Of a stretch of DNA of 45,641 nucleotides, positions 33,942 to 42,742 are shown piece by piece. The stretch's first letter is position 1; each line of letters opens with the position of its first letter. The translations under genes and the position numbers were made by a program. The stretch comes from an uncultured Bacteroidota bacterium. GTDB lineage: Bacteria > Bacteroidota > Bacteroidia > Chitinophagales > LD1. The DNA lies in contig CAIYOV010000128.1 in the NCBI GenBank assembly GCA_903927935.1, positions 1 through 45,641 of the forward strand. Reading direction: 5' to 3'. The notes beneath the pieces are model-generated. The model searched no databases and had not been told where the DNA came from. It was given only the letters and a program-made list of their open reading frames with translations.

Positions 33942-36902
33942 ATGAAAAAATTTCTACTTGCCTTTTTTCAATTTTTGCTTTTTACCACTCTTATTTTTTC
34001 GCAAGAGGTTTCGGGAATCCTGCTGGATAAACAGAATGGAGAGGCACTGATTGGCGCTACCGTTTCGGTAAAAGGAACAGCTACCGGCACCGCTACAGAT
34101 GTTGACGGGAAGTTTCAGCTCAAGATAACGCAACAGCCCCCCTTCATCCTTTTGTTTTCGTACATCGGTTATACATCACAAGAAATAGAAATTAAAACCG
34201 TTGCCGATTTAAAGCGGTCGTTCAATATTAAGTTAGGTACGGAAGAGAAAATTCTGAAGGATGTAGAAATTGTTGATTCCCGTATTACGCAAAAACAAAA
34301 GGAAAGTCCGCTTACTGTGGAGAGTATGGGTTTGCAAGCCATAAAGCAAACCGCCTCTTCTACTTTTTATGAAGGGCTTGGTTCGCTGAAGGGAGTGGAT
34401 ATGACGGCCGCATCGTTGGGCTTTGTTATCATTAATACGAGGGGGTTCAATTCTACCTCACCGGTGCGGTCACTGCAATTATTAGATGGTGCCGATAACC
34501 AGGCACCAGGGTTGAATTTCAGTGTGGGTAATTTTGCCGGGGCTACCGAAATTGATATTCAGAAAGTGGATTTGATTGTTGGCGCTTCTTCTTCTATGTA
34601 TGGGCCGAATGCTTTCAACGGGGTAATTAATATGCAAACCAAAAATCCTTTTTACTACAACGGGCTTACTGTTTTTGTAAAAGGTGCAGAGCGCAATTTG
34701 TTTGAAGGTGCGCTGCGTTACGCCAAAGTTTTCAAGAATAAAAATAACACCGACAAGTTTGCCTTTAAAGTAAACTTCAGTTATCTGCGGGCAGATGACT
34801 GGGTGGCTGATAATATGTCCGCTTCTACAAAATCGTGGCAACCCACTACCAACCCCGGAGGGTATGATGCCGTGAACCGGTATGGCGATGAATTGCTGAC
34901 TAAAGAAGTCAACAACTATGATAACTCTTATTTCAACAGGGAGTCACCAGGGCTGAAACAATTTTTCAGAACAGGATATTTGGAAAAAGATTTGGTGAAT
35001 TATAATACGCGAAACATTAAAGCAAATGCTTCGTTGCATTACAAGCTTACCGATAAGATTGAAGTGAAAGCCGCTTACAATTTCGGAACCGGTACTACCG
35101 TTTACCAGGGCGATAACCGCTATAGTTTAAAAGGGCTTTTATTTCAGCAGGCTAAACTGGAAATTTCTCAGCCCGATAAATTTTTTATTCGCGCTTATAC
35201 CACCATGGAGAATTCGGGTAATTCGTACGATGCTGTTTTTACAGCTTTGAAATTGCAGGAGTTTGCCAAGACCGATGACCAATGGCGGAATTATTATTCA
35301 AGCTTTTGGAACAGCGGCAGTGCAGGAATTCCATCGCCCAAATCGCGTGTTCGAAACCTGCCCGGGTTTCCGGCCTACAATATTCTCTGGATAAGTAAAT
35401 ACGATTCTATTAATGCCGTAGCTAATTCGGTGCTGGCAACGTATCACGATTCACTAACGGTTTGGCATGAAATGGCGCGCAACTATGCCGATACCGCTAC
35501 CGGTCTTTTTGGCGGGCGTGCCATGCCAATGCCCGGAACACCTCTTTTCGATTCGGTTTTTAACGATATTATTTCCCGCACAGCATTCGAGCAATACGGA
35601 ACTTTGTTTTACGACCGCTCTAAATTAGTGCATGTACAGGGCGAGTATCATTTTACACCCAAACTGAAAGGGGCAGAGAAACCCTTTATGGATATAACTG
35701 CCGGTGCCAGTTTCAGAATGTATTTTCCCGATTCGCGCGGAACTATTTTCAGCGATACAATGGTAAGAACCTATGCGCTCGATTCTTCGGGAAACATTCT
35801 CAAAGATGTTTCGGGGAATTATATCGTGCTCAATTCATACCGCAAAAAAATAAGAAATTGGGAAGTAGGCGCCTACCTCAGTTTGTCAAAGAAATTTGAT
35901 TTCGGAAAAGACAATAAACATTCTTTCATTATTACAGCTACCTGCCGCGTAGATAAAAATCAAAACTTCCCTTTTATTGCCACTCCTGCAGCCTCGCTGG
36001 TTTATTCCTTTAATAATAAGCACACCATCCGGTTGTCGTTTGCATCGGCTATCCGGAACCCTACTTTGCAGGACCAGTACCTGTATTATAATGTGGGGCG
36101 GGCTCTATTGATTGGAAACTTACACGGGTTCGATTCGCTGGTTACCATAGAATCGTTGAGAGATTATCTGAACAGTCCAAGTCCTACCGATTCGATGCTG
36201 CATTATATTAACGTGCCCAAAGTGCGCCCCGAAAAAGTGCAGAGTTTAGAACTGGGTTATAAGGGGGTAATTGCCAACAAACTTTTTATAGATGGCAGTG
36301 CGTATGTAAGTTTCTATAAATATTTTTTGGGATATCAGATTGGCGCCACGGTGCAGCAGTATGGTGTTACCAAGCAGCCCAAGCAAGTGTACAGGGTAGC
36401 GGCTAACTCGCCCGACCTTATTATGACATACGGAGTTTCGGTGGGCTTTAATTATTTCTTTATCCGCAATTTTTCGCTGAACGGAAATTACAGCTGGAAC
36501 AAAATAAATCTGAGAGGCTCTGTTGACCCTATCATACCGGCTTACAACACACCGGAGCATAAATTTAATGTAGGTGTTAACGGCAGCAATTTAAAAATTG
36601 GAAAGGCGAAGGGCCTTGGCTTTAACCTTACTTATAAATGGATTAATGGTTTTGAGTTTGAAGGCTCTCCGCAGTTCACCGGTTCTATTCCTACCTACTC
36701 GCTGCTCGATGCGCAGATTAACTGGGACATAAAAAGTATTTACACCACTTTTAAATTAGGCGGCTCTAACTTGGTTTCGAAACGGAATTATCAGGCGTAT
36801 GGCGGACCGGGAATTGGCAGAATGATTTATGCTTCTATTCTTATTGATATTGATTCGGAAACCCTGAAAAAGGGTTACGATAAGGTGAAGACGAAGTGGT
36901 AA
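33942..36902 (+). CDS. TonB-dependent receptor with N-terminal carboxypeptidase-regulatory-like domain
   Basis: 986 aa. Signal peptide, CarbopepD_reg-like region GILLDKQNGEALIGATVSVKGT..TDVDGKF, plug, and a long beta-barrel. No SusD-like gene follows. Confidence 0.85.
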   Translation: MKKFLLAFFQFLLFTTLIFSQEVSGILLDKQNGEALIGATVSVKGTATGTATDVDGKFQLKITQQPPFILLFSYIGYTSQEIEIKTVADLKRSFNIKLGTEEKILKDVEIVDSRITQKQKESPLTVESMGLQAIKQTASSTFYEGLGSLKGVDMTAASLGFVIINTRGFNSTSPVRSLQLLDGADNQAPGLNFSVGNFAGATEIDIQKVDLIVGASSSMYGPNAFNGVINMQTKNPFYYNGLTVFVKGAERNLFEGALRYAKVFKNKNNTDKFAFKVNFSYLRADDWVADNMSASTKSWQPTTNPGGYDAVNRYGDELLTKEVNNYDNSYFNRESPGLKQFFRTGYLEKDLVNYNTRNIKANASLHYKLTDKIEVKAAYNFGTGTTVYQGDNRYSLKGLLFQQAKLEISQPDKFFIRAYTTMENSGNSYDAVFTALKLQEFAKTDDQWRNYYSSFWNSGSAGIPSPKSRVRNLPGFPAYNILWISKYDSINAVANSVLATYHDSLTVWHEMARNYADTATGLFGGRAMPMPGTPLFDSVFNDIISRTAFEQYGTLFYDRSKLVHVQGEYHFTPKLKGAEKPFMDITAGASFRMYFPDSRGTIFSDTMVRTYALDSSGNILKDVSGNYIVLNSYRKKIRNWEVGAYLSLSKKFDFGKDNKHSFIITATCRVDKNQNFPFIATPAASLVYSFNNKHTIRLSFASAIRNPTLQDQYLYYNVGRALLIGNLHGFDSLVTIESLRDYLNSPSPTDSMLHYINVPKVRPEKVQSLELGYKGVIANKLFIDGSAYVSFYKYFLGYQIGATVQQYGVTKQPKQVYRVAANSPDLIMTYGVSVGFNYFFIRNFSLNGNYSWNKINLRGSVDPIIPAYNTPEHKFNVGVNGSNLKIGKAKGLGFNLTYKWINGFEFEGSPQFTGSIPTYSLLDAQINWDIKSIYTTFKLGGSNLVSKRNYQAYGGPGIGRMIYASILIDIDSETLKKGYDKVKTKW

Positions 36903-37126
36903 AACCCATAAACTCCTAAACGGAACTACCCCCAAACCCCCTAAAGGGGGCTTAACAGCCAAAGGCAAGTCTGCCTGTTATTGAATAGTCATTGGCTGAC
37001 CATTCAAATTTACGATAATGTAATTTGATAAATGAGAGCTCTCACGAAGGCTTGACAGAGAAAATATTGTTTTTTTCTTTTGCCCGCAACACTAACAAAA
37101 GGTATGTCTTATCTATCATTCTTTGC

Positions 37127-37387
37127 ATGGCACATCGCCCTACACGGGTCGCGTATCGCCTGCCGCCAGTCATCGGTCGCCTTCCGCGGGTCACGCATCG
37201 CCTTCCGCCAGTCATTGGTCGCCCTCCGCGGGTCACGCATCGCCTTCCGCCAGTCATTGGTCGCCCTCCGCGGGTCACGCATCGCATTCCGCCAGCCATC
37301 GGTCGCCCTCCGCGGGTCACGCACCGCCTTCCGCCAGCCATCGGTCGCCATCCGGAGGTCACGCATCGCCTTCCGCCAGTTGGCGGG
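37127..37387. repeat. GC-rich tandem repeat: about 12 units of 21 bp arranged as about 6 units of 42 bp (alternating A/B subunits)
   Basis: Unit A is GTCACGCATCGCCTTCCGCCA and unit B is GTCATTGGTCGCCCTCCGCGG. Exact A-B-A-B copies span 37190-37273, with progressively diverged copies on both sides. Five of six frames are open across it. Confidence 0.9.
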
Positions 37388-37473
37388 AGAATGCTTTTTG
37401 GGGCGATTAGAGGCAAAAAACACGTTTTTTCATATTGGATATTTGCAACAAATTTAAAGACAGCATAAAATAA

Positions 37474-37497
37474 AATAAATGACTTCTGTCATTTATT
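37474..37497. repeat. Perfect 10-bp inverted repeat AATAAATGAC-TTCT-GTCATTTATT
   Basis: Read directly. It lies about 90 bp downstream of the tandem repeat. Confidence 0.7.
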
Positions 37498-37635
37498 GGC
37501 CGTACCATACTTTATTAGAAGGCAAGAAAGTTTCTCAATCATTATGTCCATTTGCCGACATCAGTGACACATGCCGCTAACATCGGGCTAAATGAAATGG
37601 CGCGGGAAGTCATAAGCGTTAAGTTTCCCTACGCT

Positions 37636-37677
37636 GTCCTGAGTCTGACGGAAAGCTTGAGCAAGGGGACTCAGGAC
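37636..37677. repeat. Perfect 10-bp inverted repeat GTCCTGAGTC-N22-GACTCAGGAC (REP-like palindromic element)
   Basis: Read directly. GC-rich arms within AT-rich intergenic DNA. Confidence 0.7.
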
Positions 37678-37774
37678 TTTGCGATAAAATAAAAACCAAG
37701 TGGTAAATAATTTTCCGGTTGGGAAAATTAATAGTTATTTCACATCTCATTTCTACTAACTAAAACTTATTGCT

Positions 37775-39256
37775 ATGAAAAATTTTTTACAAATTTCTGT
37801 AATTGCCGCCCTGCTTATGTCGGTTACAGCCACACAAGCACAGGTTCGCTACTTAGATGAAGTATTTACCAATGTGCAGGTAGATACCGGTATTACTTAT
37901 GGTCAGAATTATGAATTCTTTTCCGGCTTCCAGGCACTTAAGCCGCTCATCATGGATGTTTACCGACCGGTGGGCGATACAGCTACTAACCGTCCGGTAA
38001 TTTTACTCTCACACAATGGTTCTTTTCTTCCCGAAATTCTGACCCACGCATTAATTGGTTTATGCTTTAGCGGAAGACAGGATTCATCAACGGTTGAAAT
38101 GTGCAAGCGTTTTGCGCGCAGAGGTTATGTTGCTGTTTCTTTCGATTATCGGTTAGGATGGAGTGCAACATCAAATGAGCAGATTGCCCGTACTAAAACA
38201 ATTATTCAGGCGGTGTACCGTGCTATGCAGGACGCAAAAACATTGGTGCGTTATTTCAAAAATGATTATGCCAATAACAGCAACTCGTACGGTATCGATA
38301 CTTCTAAATTTGTTATTGGCGGAACTAATTCAGGCGCGTATGTGGCTTTGGCTTGCAGCGCGTTGAACGATACCAACGAACTTCACGCTTTAAAATTTGT
38401 AGACGTGAACGGCCCTTTTATTAAGCAGGATAGCATTGGTGACTTTGATGGTTTTGGCGGCATTCAGAACCATGATAATTATCCGGGCATCTCCTCAAAA
38501 TTCCAATGTGTTCTCTCATTGGGTGGAGCGGTAGGCGATACCTCATGGATTCAGGCAGGAGAAACTCCTATTCTCGCTTTTCACGGAGTACAGGAAACGA
38601 GCACAAAATATAACACCGGTATTGTAAATACCTCTACCGGTCAAGCAGTAATTGAAGTAAGTGGTTCCGGTGATTTTATGCCTTATGTTGATGCTTTAGG
38701 TAACAACAATGTATTTAAGCCAAATAATTTTTCTCAGGGACCGCCTAACAGAAATGGAGTTGGAACAATAACCACTCCTATCGAAGGTCTCTATCCTTTC
38801 TACGGAAAGAAATTTGAGCCATGGAATTGGTATGATACCGCTTGCTATAATAATTCGCCAAACATGTTAGGTCTGAATCCCGGTTCTTCGAAAGTGACCG
38901 GAAATCTTTACATAGATACTATCATGGGCTATGCAGCACCTCGATTATACAAATTGCTGATTAACCCAACTTTTGTAGGACCTTCAGGAATTAATGAGAT
39001 AGGTGAAAATACAGGTTTGCTATTATTCCCTAACCCTGCATCAACCGAGTTGAATGTATCGGTTAATTCAAATATGAAACCGATATCCAACATTTGCCTG
39101 TTCGATATTACCGGCAGATTAACGAAAGAAATTACACAGGTAAATTCGTTCACACAAAATATAGATGTAAGCGGAATGGGCAATGGCATTTACATTATTT
39201 CCATAAAGCTGACAGACGGATCATCCGGAACACGAAGAGTAGTTATTGAAAAATAA
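37775..39256 (+). CDS. T9SS-secreted alpha/beta-hydrolase-fold protein, catalytic triad apparently substituted (paralogue 1)
   Basis: 493 aa. Signal peptide. Collinear with 32624-33883 (MDVYRP.GD, RRGYVAVSFDYRLGW, VRYFKNDYA) but reads GGTNSGA, HGVQETS and GKKFEPW. T9SS CTD at the C-terminus (LFPNPAST...IYIISIKL...RRVVIEK). Confidence 0.7.
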   Translation: MKNFLQISVIAALLMSVTATQAQVRYLDEVFTNVQVDTGITYGQNYEFFSGFQALKPLIMDVYRPVGDTATNRPVILLSHNGSFLPEILTHALIGLCFSGRQDSSTVEMCKRFARRGYVAVSFDYRLGWSATSNEQIARTKTIIQAVYRAMQDAKTLVRYFKNDYANNSNSYGIDTSKFVIGGTNSGAYVALACSALNDTNELHALKFVDVNGPFIKQDSIGDFDGFGGIQNHDNYPGISSKFQCVLSLGGAVGDTSWIQAGETPILAFHGVQETSTKYNTGIVNTSTGQAVIEVSGSGDFMPYVDALGNNNVFKPNNFSQGPPNRNGVGTITTPIEGLYPFYGKKFEPWNWYDTACYNNSPNMLGLNPGSSKVTGNLYIDTIMGYAAPRLYKLLINPTFVGPSGINEIGENTGLLLFPNPASTELNVSVNSNMKPISNICLFDITGRLTKEITQVNSFTQNIDVSGMGNGIYIISIKLTDGSSGTRRVVIEK

Positions 39257-39280
39257 TAAAAGACTTTAAACGAGTTATAA

Positions 39281-39317
39281 AAACAGCGTAGAAGAGTTTC
39301 TGCGCTGTTTTTATTTT
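39281..39317 (+). terminator. Rho-independent terminator after paralogue 1
   Basis: Stem CAGCGTAGAA (39284-39293), loop GAGT, TTCTGCGCTG (39298-39307), then TTTTTATTTT. Confidence 0.75.
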
Positions 39318-39450
39318 AAGGGTTGTGTAATTGTTTTTAAGCTCGTTCATCAATATCATTAACGCATCAGTGTATTTTGATTTTCAACTTTTGCTGACAG
39401 CGCAAATAATGTTTACTTCACACTCACCTAAAAAATAAACGCCCATAAGT

Positions 39451-40941
39451 ATGAGAAAACTTTTACTCTTCGCAGCATTCATAGCTACAGCATTTAGAAC
39501 GCAGGCACAAACCCGCTACTTAGATGAAGTGTTCACCAACGTGCAGATAGACACCAGCATCACTTATGCTCAGAATTACGAATTCTTCTCGGGCTTCGGT
39601 TCCCTTCAACCTTTAATTATGGATGTTTACCGTCCCGCAGGCGATACAGGCACACATCGACCGGTTGTTTTGCTTTCTCACAACGGTTCTTTTCTTCCGG
39701 AAATACTTACAACCAACTTAGCAGGATTGTGTTTCAAGGGTCGTAAGGATTCTTCCACTGTAGAAATGTGTAAACGTTTTGCGCGCAGGGGTTATGTGGC
39801 GGTTTCATTTGATTATCGTTTAGGTTGGAGTGCAACATCTACTGACCAGATAACCCGGACAAAAACAATTATTCAGGCTGTTTACCGCGCCATGCAGGAT
39901 GCAAAATCATTGGTGCGTTATTTCAAAAATGATTATGCCACTAACAGTAATTCGTGGGGTATTGATACGGGTAAATTTGTAATAGGAGGAACTAATTCGG
40001 GAGCATACGTAGCATTAGCTTGCGGTGCGCTGAACGATACCGCAGAACTTTTCAATCTTAAATTCTTGGATAGCAACGGTTCGTTTATTAAACAGGATAC
40101 ACTTGGAAATTTTGACGGCTTTGGCGGTGTGCAGAATCATGATAACTATCCGGGCATTTCTTCGCGCTTCGAATGTGTGCTCTCACTTGGTGGCGCTGTA
40201 GGCGATACATCGTGGATTCAGGTTGGCGAGCCACCGGTAATTGCTTTTCAGGGATTGAATGAAATCGGCACACCATATAACACCGCTATCGTTACCACCA
40301 CTACCGGTCAACCGGTAATTGAAGTAAGCGGCTCAGGAGATTTTATGCCTATTGTAGAAGCCAAAGGAAACAACAATGTATTTAAGCCAAACAGTTTCCA
40401 GCAAGGGCCTCCTAATAAAAATGCACTCGGTGTTCAAACTACTTCTATCGAAGGGCTTTATCCTTTTTATGGACAATATTTTGAGCCTTGGAACTGGTAT
40501 GATCCTAACTGCTTTAGCCTTTCCCAACAAATGCAAACTCTAAGTGACCCGAGTAACTCTGCAAACTGGGCAAGCCCAAGTAAAGCATCGCGCTACATTG
40601 ATACCGTAATGGGTTATACGCTTCCACGGCTGTACAAATTATTAATTGACCCATTGTTTACCAACTGGAACGGCATTCAGGAAATAAATGAAAATCTGCA
40701 GGTGAGTTTGTTCCCGAATCCCGCATCTTCTGAATTGAACGTATCTATCAGCACCGAGCATAAACCAATTTCAACAATTCGCCTGTTTGATGTAACCGGA
40801 AGAACTGCGAAAGAAATAACGCAGGTAAACGCATTCACAAAAACGATAGATGTAAGCGGATTGAATAACGATATCTACATTCTTTTTATTACACTTACAG
40901 ACGGAACAATCACTACGCGAAGAGTTGTGATTGAAAAGTAA
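39451..40941 (+). CDS. T9SS-secreted alpha/beta-hydrolase-fold protein, catalytic triad apparently substituted (paralogue 2)
   Basis: 496 aa. Long identical runs with 37775-39256 (CKRFARRGYVAVSFDYRLGWSATS, TKTIIQAVYRAMQDAK, KFVIGGTNSGAYVALAC). Carries a T9SS CTD. Confidence 0.7.
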   Translation: MRKLLLFAAFIATAFRTQAQTRYLDEVFTNVQIDTSITYAQNYEFFSGFGSLQPLIMDVYRPAGDTGTHRPVVLLSHNGSFLPEILTTNLAGLCFKGRKDSSTVEMCKRFARRGYVAVSFDYRLGWSATSTDQITRTKTIIQAVYRAMQDAKSLVRYFKNDYATNSNSWGIDTGKFVIGGTNSGAYVALACGALNDTAELFNLKFLDSNGSFIKQDTLGNFDGFGGVQNHDNYPGISSRFECVLSLGGAVGDTSWIQVGEPPVIAFQGLNEIGTPYNTAIVTTTTGQPVIEVSGSGDFMPIVEAKGNNNVFKPNSFQQGPPNKNALGVQTTSIEGLYPFYGQYFEPWNWYDPNCFSLSQQMQTLSDPSNSANWASPSKASRYIDTVMGYTLPRLYKLLIDPLFTNWNGIQEINENLQVSLFPNPASSELNVSISTEHKPISTIRLFDVTGRTAKEITQVNAFTKTIDVSGLNNDIYILFITLTDGTITTRRVVIEK

Positions 40942-40991
40942 GCTAAACCGAAACAATTATTTTCATTACCATAAAACAATCGCTCAACATT

Positions 40992-42629
40992 ATGAAAAGA
41001 ATAACTCTATTCCTTTTACTCTTGACTTTTTCGTTCGGAAAAACATTTGCGCAATGCACCGAAGTCAACCAACCCAAAGTTCTTTTGGTGGGCGATAGCT
41101 GGGCATGGTTCATGAATACCGATGGAACCATCAATAATGTTTTTAAAACATGGGGCTTTTCTAACTACAAATTTGTTTGCAACGCTACGCTCGCTGTAAA
41201 CGGAGCCGACACCAAAGATTTTATTATGCCCGGTGCCGAAGCAGAAATTTTAAACCAGCTAACCTTAAACCCAACTATTGAAGTAGTGCATTTGAGCATT
41301 GGCGGAAACGATTTCTTGGGCGACTGGAATGTAAACATGACACAAGCCCAAACCGATTCATTAACCGATAATGTTTTTGTACGCCTCGATTCAATTATCC
41401 GATTTATAAAAATTTGCAAACCAGGTATTAAAATATTATGGAGCGGCTATTGCTATACCGATTTTAAAGAGGTAATCACCAATTTCATTGCTCCTACTTC
41501 GCATCCCTTTTACAGCACATGGCATGGCATGGGCGACCCGGATTTTATCCAAATCAATACCCTGCAAAATAGTATCTCCGATAAAATTACTGCGTATTGC
41601 GCAGCAACCACCGATGTATATTTTGTAAATGCAACCGGACTTATGCAATATGAATATGGACAGGCAAGTCCTTTACAAGGCGGTATGTCTCCTACCGGTA
41701 CGTATGCTGCACATACGGCTCCACTTCCGTTGGGCTATCCTAACTATCCTTCTCCTTCCGTTTCCATGCGCGATTACGGCATTACCAAAGATTGCTTTCA
41801 CCTTTCAGCCGAAGCTTACCGTTATTTAGTTGGCTATCACACACAAAAATTCTATCATAAATTGTTGATGGATGATTTGTATTTGCTGTCTGATAGCAAT
41901 CAAACAGGCACCGTTTCTTCGCAAGGCAATACTTCCACTTCACTTTATCTGGGTGAATCTGGTGGAGAACAATTTGCTACGGTGCTCGCGTTCAACACAA
42001 CGGCTATGGCCGATACTACCTTAAAAAGAGCAAGCATATTCTTAAGAAGAAACAGTTTAACGGGAACCAATCCGGTAAGCGGAGCAATTGAAGTGAAAAT
42101 GAAAAGCGGAAACTTTGGAACAACTGTGAATGTGGAAGCAGCAGATTTTGTAGCCACCGGTGATGCTACCGGCAATCCGTGTCCGTTCGGTTCTTATGCA
42201 GCGGATGGCGATTGGGTTCGGTTAGATTTACCTGCATCTATTTTATCGCATATAAATCATACTGCCGCCACACAGTTTATTATTTCAGCGCCAGGTTTTA
42301 CAGGTGGCAAAGTAAATTACAATAATTCAGCTGATCCAGATTTTGCACCGGTACTTAACCTGGCTTATGGTGCAACTCCAAATGGAATTAAGGAAACTAC
42401 CATTAAAGACTTTAATGTGTATCCGAACCCAACTACCGGTTTACTGACCATCGAAAATGGTACAGAAGTTATTACACATGTAGAAGTAACAAATCTGCTT
42501 GGCGAAGTTGTTCTTCAACCGCAAATACAGCAGAGCACGATCAACATTTCTTCACTCTCCACAGGAATGTATTTGCTGAACATTACAACTAAGAATTGCA
42601 AGAGTTCGCAAAGAATATTTAAAGACTAA
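40992..42629 (+). CDS. T9SS-secreted SGNH/GDSL hydrolase
   Basis: 545 aa. Signal peptide, block I LLVGDSWAWF, block III SIGGNDFLGD, block V KDCFHLS. T9SS CTD (YPNPTTG...MYLLNITT). Confidence 0.75.
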   Translation: MKRITLFLLLLTFSFGKTFAQCTEVNQPKVLLVGDSWAWFMNTDGTINNVFKTWGFSNYKFVCNATLAVNGADTKDFIMPGAEAEILNQLTLNPTIEVVHLSIGGNDFLGDWNVNMTQAQTDSLTDNVFVRLDSIIRFIKICKPGIKILWSGYCYTDFKEVITNFIAPTSHPFYSTWHGMGDPDFIQINTLQNSISDKITAYCAATTDVYFVNATGLMQYEYGQASPLQGGMSPTGTYAAHTAPLPLGYPNYPSPSVSMRDYGITKDCFHLSAEAYRYLVGYHTQKFYHKLLMDDLYLLSDSNQTGTVSSQGNTSTSLYLGESGGEQFATVLAFNTTAMADTTLKRASIFLRRNSLTGTNPVSGAIEVKMKSGNFGTTVNVEAADFVATGDATGNPCPFGSYAADGDWVRLDLPASILSHINHTAATQFIISAPGFTGGKVNYNNSADPDFAPVLNLAYGATPNGIKETTIKDFNVYPNPTTGLLTIENGTEVITHVEVTNLLGEVVLQPQIQQSTINISSLSTGMYLLNITTKNCKSSQRIFKD

Positions 42630-42656
42630 ACCCTAAATCCCCTAAATGGGACTTTG

Positions 42657-42695
42657 AAAAGCCGTTTCATGAATTTGGAACGGCTTTTCTTTTTG
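42657..42695 (+). terminator. Rho-independent terminator after the SGNH hydrolase gene
   Basis: AAAAGCCGTT (42657-42666), 12-nt loop, AACGGCTTTT (42679-42688), then CTTTTTG. Confidence 0.8.
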
Positions 42696-42742
42696 TATTT
42701 CATTTTCGAATTATCACATTCGCACATTCTCAAATTTGAATT

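Noticed and set aside
36905-36950. CCCTAAA-like telomere-style motifs directly after two stop codons (36905-36950 and 42630-42653: AAACCC(A)TAAA..CCCCTAAA(G/T)GGG)
   Set aside because: There are only two short, degenerate copies. Without genome-wide counts I cannot call them a repeat family, and they may simply be weak terminator-proximal hairpins.
37127-37387. CRISPR array interpretation of the repeat
   Set aside because: The units are directly abutting with no unique spacers. The repeat length (21 bp) and the A/B alternation do not fit CRISPR architecture, and there are no cas genes in the window.
37025-37468. ORFs on both strands (147, 125, 124, 104 and 95 aa) spanning the tandem repeat, for example one encoding (HRLPPVIGRPPRVT)n
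   Set aside because: Five frames are open only because the 21/42-bp repeat is stop-free and in phase. The longest ORF needs a TTG start with no credible promoter. Composition is unlike any other gene here. I kept the region as a DNA repeat; translation is not excluded but unsupported.
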